From: Bugula neritina
Taxonomy: Eukaryota > Animalia > Bryozoa
Reading direction: 5' to 3'
Length of the DNA stretch: 64,000 nt
Assembly: GCA_964035545.1 (NCBI GenBank)
Contig: OZ037765.1
Span: 32,983,504 to 33,047,503 of the forward strand
Below the pieces are notes generated by a model. It ran no database searches. It worked only from the letters and a program-made list of their open reading frames with translations, and was not told the DNA's origin. The position numbers were made by a program, and so were the translations under genes. Positions within the stretch are counted from its first letter, which is position 1; each line of letters starts with the position of its first letter. Shown piece by piece: positions 34,286 through 55,344 of the stretch.

Positions 34286-34545
34286 TAGAGTACTGATTAT
34301 ATCACGCTTATTATCTGCTATTTAATCAAATCAAATCTAAGCTATTTCTATGGGACTGCTAATTAATTCTAGAAATATTATATATATAGATGTGCTTCTT
34401 ATAACTTATATTATTTTTTATAACATAACCTATGGTAATGAGTTATAGAGAACTGATTATATTACAATTATTATCTGCTACATAATCAAATCAAATCTAA
34501 GCTCTTTCTATGTGACTGCTAATTTATTCTAGAAACATTATATCG
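34286..34545. repeat. Two-copy tandem duplication (about 160-bp period) downstream of the gene A stop
   Basis: 34286-34383 resembles 34446-34543 (aatcaaatcaaatctaagct...gactgctaatt). Confidence 0.75.
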
Positions 34546-35399
34546 ATGTGTTTCATTACATACAATTTTTATACTTTGTGTGTTTTCAACTAACGTTTCT
34601 ATAGCTATATATATATGTATGTTTTTTGCGATTCCCTACTATATTTTAGAGCTAACTATAGTAATACAAAATACTTTATATTATTTGATTCACTGGAGCT
34701 TTGTTTTACACCTGCACTTTTACTATAATAAATTATATTTGAAAAGGCTTGGACGATTATTTTTCTATTAGTTCTTACAAACAGTTGAGAGCATAACTTA
34801 ATTTTTGAAAAATGTAGAGCTGCCTATCTTTTCTATGACACTTTCTCCAACTATGAATCTCTCTATCTCACAGTGTAAGAGAACTCAAATAAAGCAAAAA
34901 TGCAGTTACAGTTGTTATTATTATATTAGGCAAAAATATTCTGGGAGAAATGAAAATAATTCTATGCATATATCAAAGTCTTAAAATGCTCACAAAATAA
35001 TGCACTTATAGAAACACATTGTCGTATTGTGAGATTACTCCAACTTTCCAGGTTCATGGTAAAATTACGAGTTCCCAGCTTTTCACATGTGCATTCAGCT
35101 CACAGCTATCACAAAGCTATATCCCTACCAAAAGCTATGATTTCATAACTCAAATTACAACAGAGCCATAATCCTACAGGTATAACACAGGCTATAGCAG
35201 ATTATCTCAAAGTAAACACCCTTCAGCTGTTCAAAGGTAAATACAAATATAATATTTCAAAGTAAAATTTCTATCGCAGTAACTATTTTACCCTAGATGG
35301 TATTATTTAAGTTACTAACAATGATTTCTATATAGGAGATTTATTGACTATAAAAATTTTGCAGTGTTATAGATTTGTTATATTCTAGCTGTTATTGCA

Positions 35400-35610
35400 T
35401 ATCATACTATGTATTGTATATTATACTATGTATTGTATATTATGCTATGTATTGTATATTATACTATGTATTATATATTATACTATGTTGTATATTATAC
35501 TATATATTATATATTATACTATATTGTATATTATACTATTTGTATATTATACTATATATTATATATTATACTATATTGTATATTATACTATATATTGTAT
35601 ATTATACTAA
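35400..35610. repeat. AT-rich ~17-bp tandem repeat (tattatactatattgta)n
   Basis: Direct reading. Confidence 0.88.
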
Positions 35611-36849
35611 ATTGATATAATTATTATCCTATCAGGAAAAATTAATGATAGTTAAATTATATCTATACAGCAGTCCTGGTTGCATCATCAATTTATCTCT
35701 GATTTTATAACATTAGGTGATTAGTGATAATGATAAAGCCTTTAAATATATAATTATTTTGTGTTTTATAGTTTAATGATATTTGTTTCCTACTTTTAAC
35801 TGCATGACTATGGTTCTAGAAATACTTTTTTAATAAAGCAAAGTGGCTAGTAGCTAATTTGATAATGCCTATATTTAGCTCCCACCAACCTAATAAAAAT
35901 ATCTGCATCTCATCTTTCAAAGCCTTTAGCTTACATTATAAACACAATTATCAATGATGGCGCTTTTCCAAATGAACTAAAAAAAGCTAAAGTTGTTCCT
36001 CTACACAAAAAAGGCATAGCTACTGATGTAAGTAATTACCGCCCAATCTTTATATTACCTGCTTTCAGTAAGATAGCTGAAAAGATTTTAAATAAGCAAA
36101 TAGTAGATTTTCTAGAAAGCAAAAATTATTTAACTGATAAGCAGTACGGCTTTAGACGAAATAGAAACACAAATATTGTCTTAATTAATCTAACAAATAA
36201 GGTTTTAAATGCCATGAACAATGGTAATTCTGTAGCGGGAATTTTCCTCGATTTTAGTAAGGCCTTTGACACAATAAATCATGAAATCTTATTAGCTAAA
36301 TTAAAAATGCTCCACTTTTCAAGTCACAGTGTGAAGCTAATTAAAAATTATCTGTCCAATCGTCAACAGTCTACTATTATTAACAACACATAATATTCTG
36401 ACTTTATTCATATCACATGTGGAGTACCACAAGGATCCATACTTGGTCCCACACTATTCCTAATTTATATAAATGATCTTCCAGATGTAACTATGCATTT
36501 AGACCCTATATTATTTGCCGACGATACAAACCTCTTCTTTGAATCAAAAAATCTATTAAACAATATGGACATCATAAACTGTGAATTAAAGAAAATTGAA
36601 AATTGGTGCAATAAAAATAAATTAACTGTAAACATGAGTAAAACAAACTATATGATAATCAAAACAGCGCAAAATAAACAAGATTTAAATGGCTTTGCCT
36701 TAGAAATGTTTAACAAAAAATTAGTGGAGGTAAAATCAACTACCTTCTTAGGTATTATAATAGATTCACATCTTTCTTGGCAACAACATTGCAGCAAACT
36801 TTGTCAAAACCTAAGGCCCTTAGTAGGCTTGATAAGTAAATGTTCCCAT

Positions 36850-39800
36850 TGTCATAGTTTAATTAGGCTCGCTAGTGACACGGCCTGCGCGTGCGTGTCA
36901 CGGGGAGATGCTGGTTTTGCATGTGCTAATAAAGTCTTCAGTTCTTGTCTCAATCTAAACTTCGCAATGATTTCAATATCCTAATACTTAATACTAATAG
37001 CATCACATAGAATGTGTGACATGGCGTCGTAAAATGGTCTGGACCTGTCCGGAGATTTAAACAACCGATAAGTTCATAACAAGTTGTAGCATCTAATGTT
37101 AATGTATCAGAGAGAGGTCGATTGCCTATTGCCATTGGACTCGTTTATTTAACCTTACGCCTACAGATGAATTAAATAGGAAAACGTGTTTAATAGAATA
37201 TTAATATAATATTCATTCGTGATATTGTTTTTTTTACTAGTCCTTACTGGCGATTTCATGTTATATATAATATTACCTGATGCATAGATGTCTGATATTG
37301 TTGTATTAGCTGAATTTTATACGTTTCATTTTTAGGCTAACTGATAGTTTGTTTCTTCGTGTGTGAACATTTGTCTTGGCACTAGACGATTGGTTGCTAA
37401 AATGGGGACTCTCTGAGGCCACCTGGGGAGCTAGATTTTACTGATACGCAAAAATCATGGCCGGAGTATAAAACAAGGTTTGCTAGATATAGGATAGCAT
37501 CTGGGTTGAGTGAAAAGTCTGCGGAGAGACAGGTGAATATGTTGATTTATTGCATGGGACGTGAGGCCGAGGCAATAATAAATCAAATTACAGTGAGACA
37601 GCCCAGAGCAGCAGTAGCAGCTGATGCAGCAAGAGGGATAATTGCAGTAGAGGCTGAGGATGCAGAGAGGACACTATACGCTCGAACTGTAGAAGCTCTA
37701 GATGCGTATTTTACTCCAAGAGATAACCATTTACACTATGCTGTTCTATTCATGTCACGCTCTCAGCAGTCTGAAGAGAGTAATGAGCATTTTATAAGGA
37801 GCCTTCATGAATTAGTATCGAGATGCAGTGGATGGGACCAGCAACACAAGGAGGACATGATGCGTATACGCTTGCTAGCTGGTATGAAAGATAAAGATTT
37901 AAGCGGCGACCTCCAAGTAAATGACAATATTACATTAGACCAGATTAAACAGCAGTTAAGAACCAAGGAAATCATTGCTCAGAACCAGAAAGCCGAACTA
38001 GATGGAGAGAGACAAGTATTTACCGTAAGGAACAAACAAGGAACAGATAGTAATCAATATGCCTCAGAGAATAGAGAGAATAAGGGACAGAATGGACAGT
38101 TGATAAGAGATTGTAAATATTGTGGCAGGGACCATGTAAAAGGACGTTGTCCTGCTTATAATAAACAATGTAACAAGTGTCAGTCCATGGGTCATTCTTC
38201 AAAAGTCTGTAGAAAGACGAACACGAAACGAGTTAATCAGATCGAAGCTCCCCAGGGTGATAGTTCCGAAGAAGGTGACAATTTTCATGTTCATGTAGTG
38301 TCAGATGATAGACACATTAACACTGGTTTAAAGGGCAGTATTACGTGTAATAAGTGGACTTTGAATTTTTTGATTAAGGGAGAGATTCTTCAGGCCAGGG
38401 TAGACACAGGGGCAGAGGTTAGTACAATGTCCAAGAATAGGTTTAGGCAGCTAGGGTTTCATGAGGTAACTAAAACAAAAGCTAAACTCTCAGGCTATGG
38501 TGATAAATCCATTCCGGTATTGGGCTATGCTAAATTACCAGTAACTATGTCAAGTGGGAAAACAGCTGTGGTCAAATTTTATGTCACAGACAATGATAAT
38601 CAGACTCTGTTGGGCATGCCCGCCATTGTAGATCTAGATCTCTTACCAAAAATGGTGAATCAGGTAAGTGAAAAGCAAGTCAATAAACAGCTGTTAGACA
38701 AGTATCCCGAGGTTTTCACTGGCCTGGGTAAGTTCGGTGGTGAGGTAAGTTTACTACTTAAGTCAGGAGCTGAGCCGAGGTCTCTAGCGCCTAGGTTGAT
38801 ACCGCAGAAGAAACGTGGTAAGTTGCAGATAGAACTGAACAGGCTTGTGGACTCAGGGGTCATTGCCAAAGATGTTTCGCCGGCTTTGTGGCTATTACCG
38901 ATTGTTCTTGTGAATAAGCCTAATGGTGATCTCAGAATTTGTCTGGATCCACAATACCTCAATAGTCAACTGATCAGAGCTCATTGTGCTATTCCTACAC
39001 TTCCTGAAATTTTCTCGCGGATTTCAGGATCCCAGTATTTCACGACATTGGATGCCAAGCAGGGGTTTCATCAGATTCCTCTTAGTGAGGAGTCGTCTAA
39101 GCTTACCAGTTTCATGACTCCTTTTGGCAAATACAGGTGGCTCAGAATGCCGATGGGGATTTGCAATGCCCCCGAGATATTTCACCAGCGGATGCTGGAT
39201 GCCATGGAAGGTCTAGAAGGGGTGGAGGTCTATATCGATGATCTGTTGGTACATGCCCCGTCTATAGAAGAGCATGGTAGGAGACTGGAGGCAGTCTTAG
39301 AAAGGTGCAGGCAGTTGGGCCTGACACTAAACCCTGATAAAGTGGAGTTGGCCAAAGAGTCTACTTCTTTCTTGGGACATGAGCTTTCCCAGACGGGGCT
39401 GAAGCCAAGTCACTCCAAGGTGGAGGCAGTCCAGCTCATGACTGAGCCTGAGGACAAAAAAGCAGTACAGCGGTTTCTCGGTTTTGTCAATTTTATGGCA
39501 AAGTTCATTCCTAACCTCTCCGAACATACTTTTCCTTTACGAGAAGTATGCAAGAAAAGTACTCAGTTTGTATGGGGAGTAGAACAAGACATGGCGTTTG
39601 ACAAAATTAAAAAGCTTATATCGGACACTCCGACGTTAGTCCTTTATGATGCAGAGGTAGAAACGACTTTGAGTGCCGATAGTTCAGCCCATAGTATAGG
39701 GGCTGTGTGCTTGCAAAATGGCAGGCCGGTGGAATTTGCAGCTAAATCATTGACCACTTGCCAACAGGGCTACAGCCAGATTGAAAAGGAGCTGCTGGCA

Positions 39801-41780
39801 ACCTTGTTTGCCTGCAAGAGGTTCAGATTTTACTGTTTTGGTCAGTCCAAGATCAGAGTGGAGACTGACCACCTACCGCTGATTGGGTTGATGAAGAAGG
39901 ATATCAATGAGCTTTCTCCTAGACTCGCTGCCATGAGACTGGAGTTGCTCACCTACCCTATACAATTGGTCTATAAACCTGGTACAGAAATGGTTTTAGC
40001 AGATACTTTGTCTAGATCTTGTCCTAAGGACACCAACCTTTGTGAGGACTTGGAAGTTGATCCCCTTTTGTCTGTCTGCTCGGTCGTAATACGAAGTGAT
40101 GATGTGATGAAAAAATACCAGAGAGCGACTACTAAAGACGAGGAGTTGTCAGTAGTTATGCGGTATATCCTAGAAGGCTGGCCAATACACAAAAAAAATT
40201 GTGCTGGTCGGGCTAAGGCATATTGGAATCAGAGAAAATCGCTTAGTTCTGTTAATGGGGTCATTTTTTACGGCTCACGACTGGTTATCCCAGTAGCTCT
40301 TCGAACAGAGGTGCTAAACTCCCTCCACAGCGCCCATCAAGGAGTCTCCAAGATTATGCAAAGGGCTGGTGAGTCGGTTTATTGGCCAGGACTTAGGAAT
40401 AGAGTTGAAGAGAAGTGTTTGGCTTGTGAGCCTTGTGTCATAGAGGAGAAGATTCAAACTAAGGAGCCGCTCCTTCCTTTCCCTATACCTGATTTTCCTT
40501 ATCAGATGGTGGGTGTTGATTTATTCCAATTAGAAGGTTCGTACTATCTTCTCGTGGTGGATTACCTATCAAAGTGGCCAGTAGTTAGATCTCTAGGCTC
40601 TGACACGTCAAGCAAGAGGGTTATACACTGCTTGAGAGAAATCTTCGTGGACTTCGGCCGGCCAGAAGTGCTTGTGTCTGATAATGGTCCGCAGTTCTCT
40701 AGTTTCGATTTTAAGCTTTTTTGCAGTAACCAAGGAATAACACACCGTACAAGCTCGCCACTTCATCCAGCGGGAAATGGACAAGCTGAGAGAACTATCG
40801 GAACGGTGAAAAGCATGATGAAAAAGTGTCTGCAGGAAAGTGGTGATTGGCTGCAGGGCCTGGCAACTATTAGGAATACTCCCGTAGCAGAAGGGTTGCC
40901 CTCCCCCAGTGAACTTTTGCAGGGACGGGTATTGCGAGATGACCATCCCGTCCAGTCCACTAGATATCAAGTAGCTGCCTATGATGTTGACAAGGTAAGA
41001 CGTGTTTTAGGCGACCGTAAGAGTCGTGATAAATATTTCTTTGATAGACATGCTAAGCCAGAGAAATCCCTGTTGCTCCCAGGGCAACAAGTCCACATAC
41101 GCACTGCTAAGGGTGACTGGAGGGTAGGTGAAATTGAAGGCATTGCTAATGATAGGTCTTACTGGGTAGATTCGTCTAGTAACAGACTTCGACGAAATAG
41201 AAAAGACATACGCTGTACAGCAGTGAATCGACAAAACCACAAGGTAAGTCAGAAGCCTTTTATAGAGGTAGATCCAGCGGTGAGTACAGGTAGGGAAAAT
41301 GTTTTGGCACAGTTTGGAGATCAGCCAGTTTTTCCACCGAGCGGCTCTAATGTTCAGTCTGACAATATAGCATCATCCTCGCCTGAGGGTGAAGTAAGTT
41401 CTCCAAGTGTGTTCACACGGTCTGGACGCCGGACACAAAAGCCCAAATGGCATGATGATTATCATGTTTATAAATAAAGCTCTGCGGCTAGCCTGTCCTG
41501 AACAACCTCTCTGGCTATAGTCTAATGTTTTGTATAAGTGTTTTAGTTTAGTATTTGTCTGTCTTAATTTTTAGTTTTGTTTAATTAATATCCCCTAAGA
41601 AAGGGAGATGTCATAGTTTAATTAGGCTCGCTAGTGACACGGCCTGCGCGTGCGTGTCACGGGGAGATGCTGGTTTTGCATGTGCTAATAAAGTCTTCAG
41701 TTCTTGTCTCAATCTAAACTTCGCAATGATTTCAATATCCTAATACTTAATACTATTAGCATCACATAGAATGTGTGACA
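36850..41780 (+). mobile_element. Full-length Ty3/Gypsy LTR retrotransposon (Gypsy-2, Mag-like single ORF)
   Basis: 172-bp LTRs at 36850-37021 and 41609-41780 (TG..CA, 1 mismatch). 5-bp TSD CCCAT. TGG-starting PBS at 37022. PPT AAGAAAGGGAGA before 41609. Confidence 0.97.
37407..41477 (+). CDS. Gypsy-2 Gag-Pol polyprotein
   Basis: Open frame from about 37401 (DSLRPPGELDF..WPEYKTRF..YRIASGL). Contains two Cys/His knuckles, VDTGA, YIDD, ADSS, HHCC and DDE. The likely ATG at 37402 is out of frame. Confidence 0.93.
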   Translation, partial: DSLRPPGELDFTDTQKSWPEYKTRFARYRIASGLSEKSAERQVNMLIYCMGREAEAIINQITVRQPRAAVAADAARGIIAVEAEDAERTLYARTVEALDAYFTPRDNHLHYAVLFMSRSQQSEESNEHFIRSLHELVSRCSGWDQQHKEDMMRIRLLAGMKDKDLSGDLQVNDNITLDQIKQQLRTKEIIAQNQKAELDGERQVFTVRNKQGTDSNQYASENRENKGQNGQLIRDCKYCGRDHVKGRCPAYNKQCNKCQSMGHSSKVCRKTNTKRVNQIEAPQGDSSEEGDNFHVHVVSDDRHINTGLKGSITCNKWTLNFLIKGEILQARVDTGAEVSTMSKNRFRQLGFHEVTKTKAKLSGYGDKSIPVLGYAKLPVTMSSGKTAVVKFYVTDNDNQTLLGMPAIVDLDLLPKMVNQVSEKQVNKQLLDKYPEVFTGLGKFGGEVSLLLKSGAEPRSLAPRLIPQKKRGKLQIELNRLVDSGVIAKDVSPALWLLPIVLVNKPNGDLRICLDPQYLNSQLIRAHCAIPTLPEIFSRISGSQYFTTLDAKQGFHQIPLSEESSKLTSFMTPFGKYRWLRMPMGICNAPEIFHQRMLDAMEGLEGVEVYIDDLLVHAPSIEEHGRRLEAVLERCRQLGLTLNPDKVELAKESTSFLGHELSQTGLKPSHSKVEAVQLMTEPEDKKAVQRFLGFVNFMAKFIPNLSEHTFPLREVCKKSTQFVWGVEQDMAFDKIKKLISDTPTLVLYDAEVETTLSADSSAHSIGAVCLQNGRPVEFAAKSLTTCQQGYSQIEKELLATLFACKRFRFYCFGQSKIRVETDHLPLIGLMKKDINELSPRLAAMRLELLTYPIQLVYKPGTEMVLADTLSRSCPKDTNLCEDLEVDPLLSVCSVVIRSDDVMKKYQRATTKDEELSVVMRYILEGWPIHKKNCAGRAKAYWNQRKSLSSVNGVIFYGSRLVIPVALRTEVLNSLHSAHQGVSKIMQRAGESVYWPGLRNRVEEKCLACEPCVIEEKIQTKEPLLPFPIPDFPYQMVGVDLFQLEGSYYLLVVDYLSKWPVVRSLGSDTSSKRVIHCLREIFVDFGRPEVLVSDNGPQFSSFDFKLFCSNQGITHRTSSPLHPAGNGQAERTIGTVKSMMKKCLQESGDWLQGLATIRNTPVAEGLPSPSELLQGRVLRDDHPVQSTRYQVAAYDVDKVRRVLGDRKSRDKYFFDRHAKPEKSLLLPGQQVHIRTAKGDWRVGEIEGIANDRSYWVDSSSNRLRRNRKDIRCTAVNRQNHKVSQKPFIEVDPAVSTGRENVLAQFGDQPVFPPSGSNVQSDNIASSSPEGEVSSPSVFTRSGRRTQKPKWHDDYHVYK

Positions 41781-43537
41781 CCCATCACCTACCTAAAAAA
41801 ATTCTAATACAAATATATAACTCTTTTGTAAATTCTAAATTAACATATTGCCTAGAATCATGGGGTAATGCAGCAAACATTTATCTTGAACCACTACATT
41901 TACTACAAAAGAAAATACTGAGAATTATATATAAAAAGCATCACCTTTCCCCATCTAAACCACTGTTTCTTAGTTCTTCAATCATGCCTATTCACACTCT
42001 ACACAAATTCAAACTAATACTGCTCTCACATAAACTTTACTATTCTCAACTAACAATTCTCACACATAACTATCCCACAAGATTTTCAGAGTTCAGCCTA
42101 CAAACTCCTCCATCATCAACTGCTGCAGGTCAACAAAGAGTGGAATTCCAATGTTCGTCGCTATAGAATAAATTGCCTAGTTCCATTCGTGCTGTGGGGA
42201 GGGAGGCTGGTTTCAAACTTGCCCTGAGAGACCATCTAATGGCAAATTTCCAGATAAAAAAATAATACTTTTTGAGTTGCTAAAACTTCCAAAAACCTAA
42301 ACAAAAAACTTATATAACTGTCAACCATTCATGGCTCGGTGCCTCGACTAGCTACAGTGCTATTGCGCCATAGGCCCTGTCATTTTGTTTATTTTTTTTC
42401 AATTAAATTTTTCCCGACTACGACAAAATAAAAACAAACAAACAAACATAATTATATTAACTACATTTAATTGATTACCTATAGTCAGCTAACTATAACC
42501 ATGCACTAATAAATATTTATGTATGACCTAATAGATTGATATAACACAACCAGAATCAAGCAAGATTTTAGGCAAAAATGGCACTGGTAAAATGGCACAG
42601 GTAAAAATGGCATAGGTAATAATGATTGACACAAGTAATAATGGCTCTTAGTGCCTTTTGAAATATCTGAAATAGAAACTTAGTCACTTTATGTAAGAAA
42701 AACTTACAAAAACAAAAGTTAGTCAGGCAACTAAATGCAGACACCCAAAGAATAATGTGTAGAATATGAGTAACAATAGAGTCTTTTTATAATGTAAAGA
42801 ATAATAACATAGCAAACACTATTCATGATTTTGTTATTTAATCAGTATAATGTTGTTCTTTTGAATAGCTTTCATGTTGCTTAGCAACTGCAAACTACTT
42901 TTCAATATCTATTGACTAATCAATAGACCTATTCTTTCTTCTAACACTCCACTCTTCTATACACATTGATTTATTATATTATTAGTCTCCCGGCAGTGAA
43001 GATGGAGACTCTGACTCCATTTTCTCTTCCTCTCAGAATAAGATTTCTCTTTCAGATTATCTCCACATACTGACGCTATATCCAGGTGTAATACGGAGCA
43101 TGCAGGTATGTCTTATTATAGTAACACTGTGAAGTTATTTTACTCAAACTCAGTGTGTAGTTTATAGTTAAACTGGAGTATAGAATGGAAGTTTATTAAG
43201 AGAACTAATTAAGTATTCTGTGCAGTTTTATTATTACTGTAGCAAAACTTTCCAGTTTCCATGAATGAGGCTGAGTAGATGTTATACAGTTGAATGGAAA
43301 TCCACATTTAATGAATATTCTAAAACATATTGTCTACAAAGTGATTTAAATGTTGACCTAATAAAATTTGCCAAGCATATATATTAATTTATATGATTAC
43401 CTACTCTGTTTACCTACAGTTTAGTGCATTGTGTATAAATTAAAATGATAACATCACAATTATATGAGATTTAACACTCTCTCATGTTGTGTGTGATAGT
43501 TATGAAATATGGTATATTATTTCTTATATGTTTAGTT

Positions 43538-45466
43538 TAGTATCAGTGCCAACAAGCAGAAATGGGCGACTGAAGCACATCAATACTAACCCTTGTTAAT
43601 ATATTACTGCGAAGCTAATATTCTACTGATTTCAACTCTGCGAGTAACTTTATATATATCTTAGGAGTTCTCACTTGAAAGGGAGTTGACCAATTTTCAA
43701 TGGGGCATCATGAAATGTTGAATATGCAATTACTTGAGTAATTTAAGTTTAATACTCAAAATATTTTCTGGAAATGTTTTACACCTATGAAAGTATCTCT
43801 CAAAAAATGTGACTAAAAGTTAATAAGTGGGCGGAGCCTATGGCATGACGTATTGCTTATTACTGATATTCTCTAAACCTCCACATTTTGTTGTATCTAT
43901 AATAATGGTAATTTTTAGCATGTAGACACTCCATATATAGTGTCTTTATAAATCACTCTAATTTCTAGTATATTCTGACCAAAAGAACTTTTGTTACGGC
44001 TCTGAAAATCAAAAAAGTCAAAATTGCAGTTATCTTCCCTGTTTTAAAAAGTTGCCTTTTTACCAAATATTATTGCATTTTATTAATTGGGTTGACATTC
44101 TTTAGTATAAATTGAAGTTTAACCTGTTTCTATTAGTTGACGACTCATTTTCAGTATACATAGTTAAAGGAGTTATTGCTTTAATGCACAAATATCAATA
44201 TTAAAGCAGAAATTGAATACTCTTTTTTAGGTACCCTTAAAAACATCAACAGTTAGATCCATGGCAATTTCACAACTTTTTCATCGATAATAATTGTTCT
44301 GAATAGGCAATTGTTTTAGGTAAAGTAGCTAATGGTATAAAACAGTTTGATTTTATTAATAGTTCTAAAGCTAATCTTTCATGGTTCTGAAACTTTTCTT
44401 CTTTTTTTTTAGTGATTTGAACTCTTGTTAATAGAACTTGCTTATATGGAAGATTTTTGTTATTGATGATCATCAAAAAACAACTTGGGATTAAGTTGTT
44501 TACCCTATTCTAGTTGAACAAGAACTTTTTTCAAAGAGTGGTTTAAATAAATTTTGAGCCCAGCTACTGCTAATATTTCCCGTACAATTACAAGGGTTAT
44601 TTTAGCATTCTGCATGAATAAGATTCTATATAGCACTTTATAGAAATTTCACTTCCACAGTGACAAGGTAAACAAACATCTCCTTTCCAGATTATTTACT
44701 CCTCATGCATTGTTTAATAGTTATTATTATCTTAAAATAATTTTGGTCTGTTCATTCAAAGTTCTAAAGTTGCCTTTTACCAATGTGTGTGCGTTTAAAG
44801 CAGTAACTCCTTTTACTATTTCCTGGAAATGAGCCGTCAACTATAAATAAAAACAGGTTAAACCTCAATCTATGCTGAAAAAATGTCAACCCAATTAATA
44901 AAATCCAATAATATTTAGTAAAAAGGCAACTTTATGAAACAAAAGAGATAACTCTGATTTTGACTTTTTTAATTTTCAGGGCTGTAACAAAAATTCTTTT
45001 GGTCAAAACATACTAGAAATTAGATTGATTTATAAAGACACTTACATAGAACGTCTACATGCTTAAAAATTACCATTATAGATACAACAAAATGTGGAGG
45101 TTTAGAGAATATCAGTAATAAGCAATACGTCATGCCATAGGCTCCGCCCACTTATCAATATTTAGTCACATTTTTTGAGAGATACTTTCATAGGTGTAAA
45201 GCATTTCCAGAAAATATTTTGAGTATTAAACTCAAATTACTCAAGTAATTGCATTCTTGAAATTTCATGATGCCCCAATGAAAATTGACCGATCCCTGTA
45301 TATCCACCCCTTTCCAGTGAAAACCCCCCTCTTAGATACAAAAAATTTTCTTGCAAATATAAAATCAATAAAATGTTGGCTTCGCAGTTGGCAGAATTAA
45401 ATAGCAACATAGGTTTGTATCGATGTGCTCCACTCGTCCATTTTTGCATGTTTGTGCACCCGACTA
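43538..45466. mobile_element. Foldback-type element with ~640-bp inverted arms
   Basis: About 43540-44185 is the reverse complement of about 44790-45465 (for example gtgggcggagcctatggcatgacgtattgcttattactgatattctctaaacc). The spacer is ~600 bp and non-coding. Confidence 0.85.
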
Positions 45467-45531
45467 TGATAAGGTAACTATGGTGTGATGTTTTACTTGT
45501 ATATACCATGTCCTTATTATTCATTCTACAG

Positions 45532-45605
45532 TTAGCTACGCTGTGACACACTTCAACTATACCTGCTTCAACACACATAGTGACACATATGACACTTCTT
45601 AACAG
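45532..45605 (+). other. 5' non-coding exon of gene B (74 nt)
   Basis: Paralogous to 10286-10359 with conserved splice sites. Confidence 0.7.
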
Positions 45606-46744
45606 GTGAGTGAATATTATAATAGTTCTTACCTGCATGCAGTAACTGTTATAATACTGACTGGGTAGAATTATCTACCAACTAGAGAAACTAACGTTTA
45701 AATATTTGAGGCAGCTTTCTCAACCAAATTCGAGTTGCCTAGAGTTTAGGGGGTATGAAGGATTGCCTTCAGAGTCTATGCAGGTAACATAATATACTTA
45801 ATTACCTTGTAAATAATATAGATTGTGTATTGGCAGCTTCTAGCAGTATAGCTATCATTGTTGTACTGCAAAACTTTTTTAGTTTTATTTAGTAATTATA
45901 CATATATAGTCTCCAAAACGTAGCGATTGATAAACAGTTCAAATTCACAATTTTATTTTAGTCTGGTACATAATTAGTATCATCATTATGTTATAAAACT
46001 TATTGTTTTTGTATATTTCCAGCATGTAAAAGATTGCACCATCTAGTAATGGATAGTTATAGAGACAAGATTGAAGATGTGATTGACTTTAGATTTGTTG
46101 TTGTTGGTTCACTATAAAGTAATACCATGTCTTCAGGTATGCAGTATGTCAGTGTGTAATATTACCTTTCATAACTTTGGCTCATGCATGGATATATTTA
46201 CCAACGTTAAGAAAATGTCACAGTTACGTATGTGGAAACTTGCTGACTTGAAACAATAATCTTACCACATTGTGTAACGTTGCACTTGAAATTTTGCAAA
46301 TAAATTAGGCAGCACTATATATATATACAAATAATTCAAATATCAACATAGCCTGTCTAAAGAAATTGTAAAAAGTTGTGACAAAAATAAGTAGCAGACA
46401 TGTATGTATTTACAAAATTTGTATATTAATAATATTGTTTTGTGTTGCAGAGAATTTCATAATCTGGTTCAGGCATTCTGGACAGGATTCTGTAGATATG
46501 GAAGATGTTTGCGTGGCTAAAACCAAATCATATACTTTGAGTGAAGTAAAGACACAAGTTGGGAGTTATCAACTCACTCACCTTAAGTTAGAGGGGACAA
46601 TTCCTAAGAATATAGGAGAGATTGCTTCTCATGCTGTTTGTTTGGTACTCAGTAAGATAACAGATATGAAGAGTCTGCATAAGTGAGTATTTAGAATTCA
46701 TTTTGTCGAACTGAGCGATCAGTCAATTCACACTCATTATAATA

Positions 46745-46885
46745 TGTGTGTGAGTGTATGTGAGTATGTGAGTGTGTGAGTGTGTGCGTGTGCGTGTGCG
46801 TGTGCGTGTGCGTGTGCGTGTGCGTGTGCGTGTGCGTGTGCGTGTGCGTGTGCGTGTGCGTGTGCGTGTGCATGTGCATGTGTGT
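46745..46885. repeat. (TGCGTG)n/(TG)n microsatellite
   Basis: Direct reading. Confidence 0.95.
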
Positions 46886-46973
46886 GGGTTTTATGCATTA
46901 CACTTTATGAAAAGTTGAATACACAAACCTATTCATCTGATGCATGTGTATGTATTATATTTTTGAATTACAG

Positions 46974-55103
<8,130 letters not shown>

Positions 55104-55344
55104 GTTTGTGTGTCACTTGTTTATTACTACTTCACAATCATTCTTCTTACTTTGCTTTAACTTATGTTTATATAAAACCTATAGTGAATAACATGATATA
55201 TTGTAAAAACAAGCAGTATATCCCATTAATAATACTTTGTTATTTATTAGCTGCATTTCTATATTTATTATTTTTTGCAATGAAGAAAGGAATTATACCC
55301 ATGTGGTTATTAGTGTTAGTAATTATATTCTAACTTCAGTCTAT

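Larger units (their letters stand above)
35880..42448 (+). mobile_element. 5'-truncated non-LTR retrotransposon (CR1/L2/Crack-like RT), split by Gypsy-2
   Basis: KAKVVPLHKKG, NYRPI, QYGFR, FLDFSKAFDTINH, GVPQGSILGP and FADD in 35880-36849 (stop at 36391). Continues in frame at 41786 (HLPKKILIQIY..YC..SWG). Ends with AATAAA plus a (CAAA)n tail at about 42427-42448. Confidence 0.9.

Noticed and set aside
43036-43105. Additional upstream non-coding exon of gene B (ttcag|...GCAG|gtatgt)
   Set aside because: The splice signals are plausible, but there is no clear homologue in copy A and no transcript evidence.
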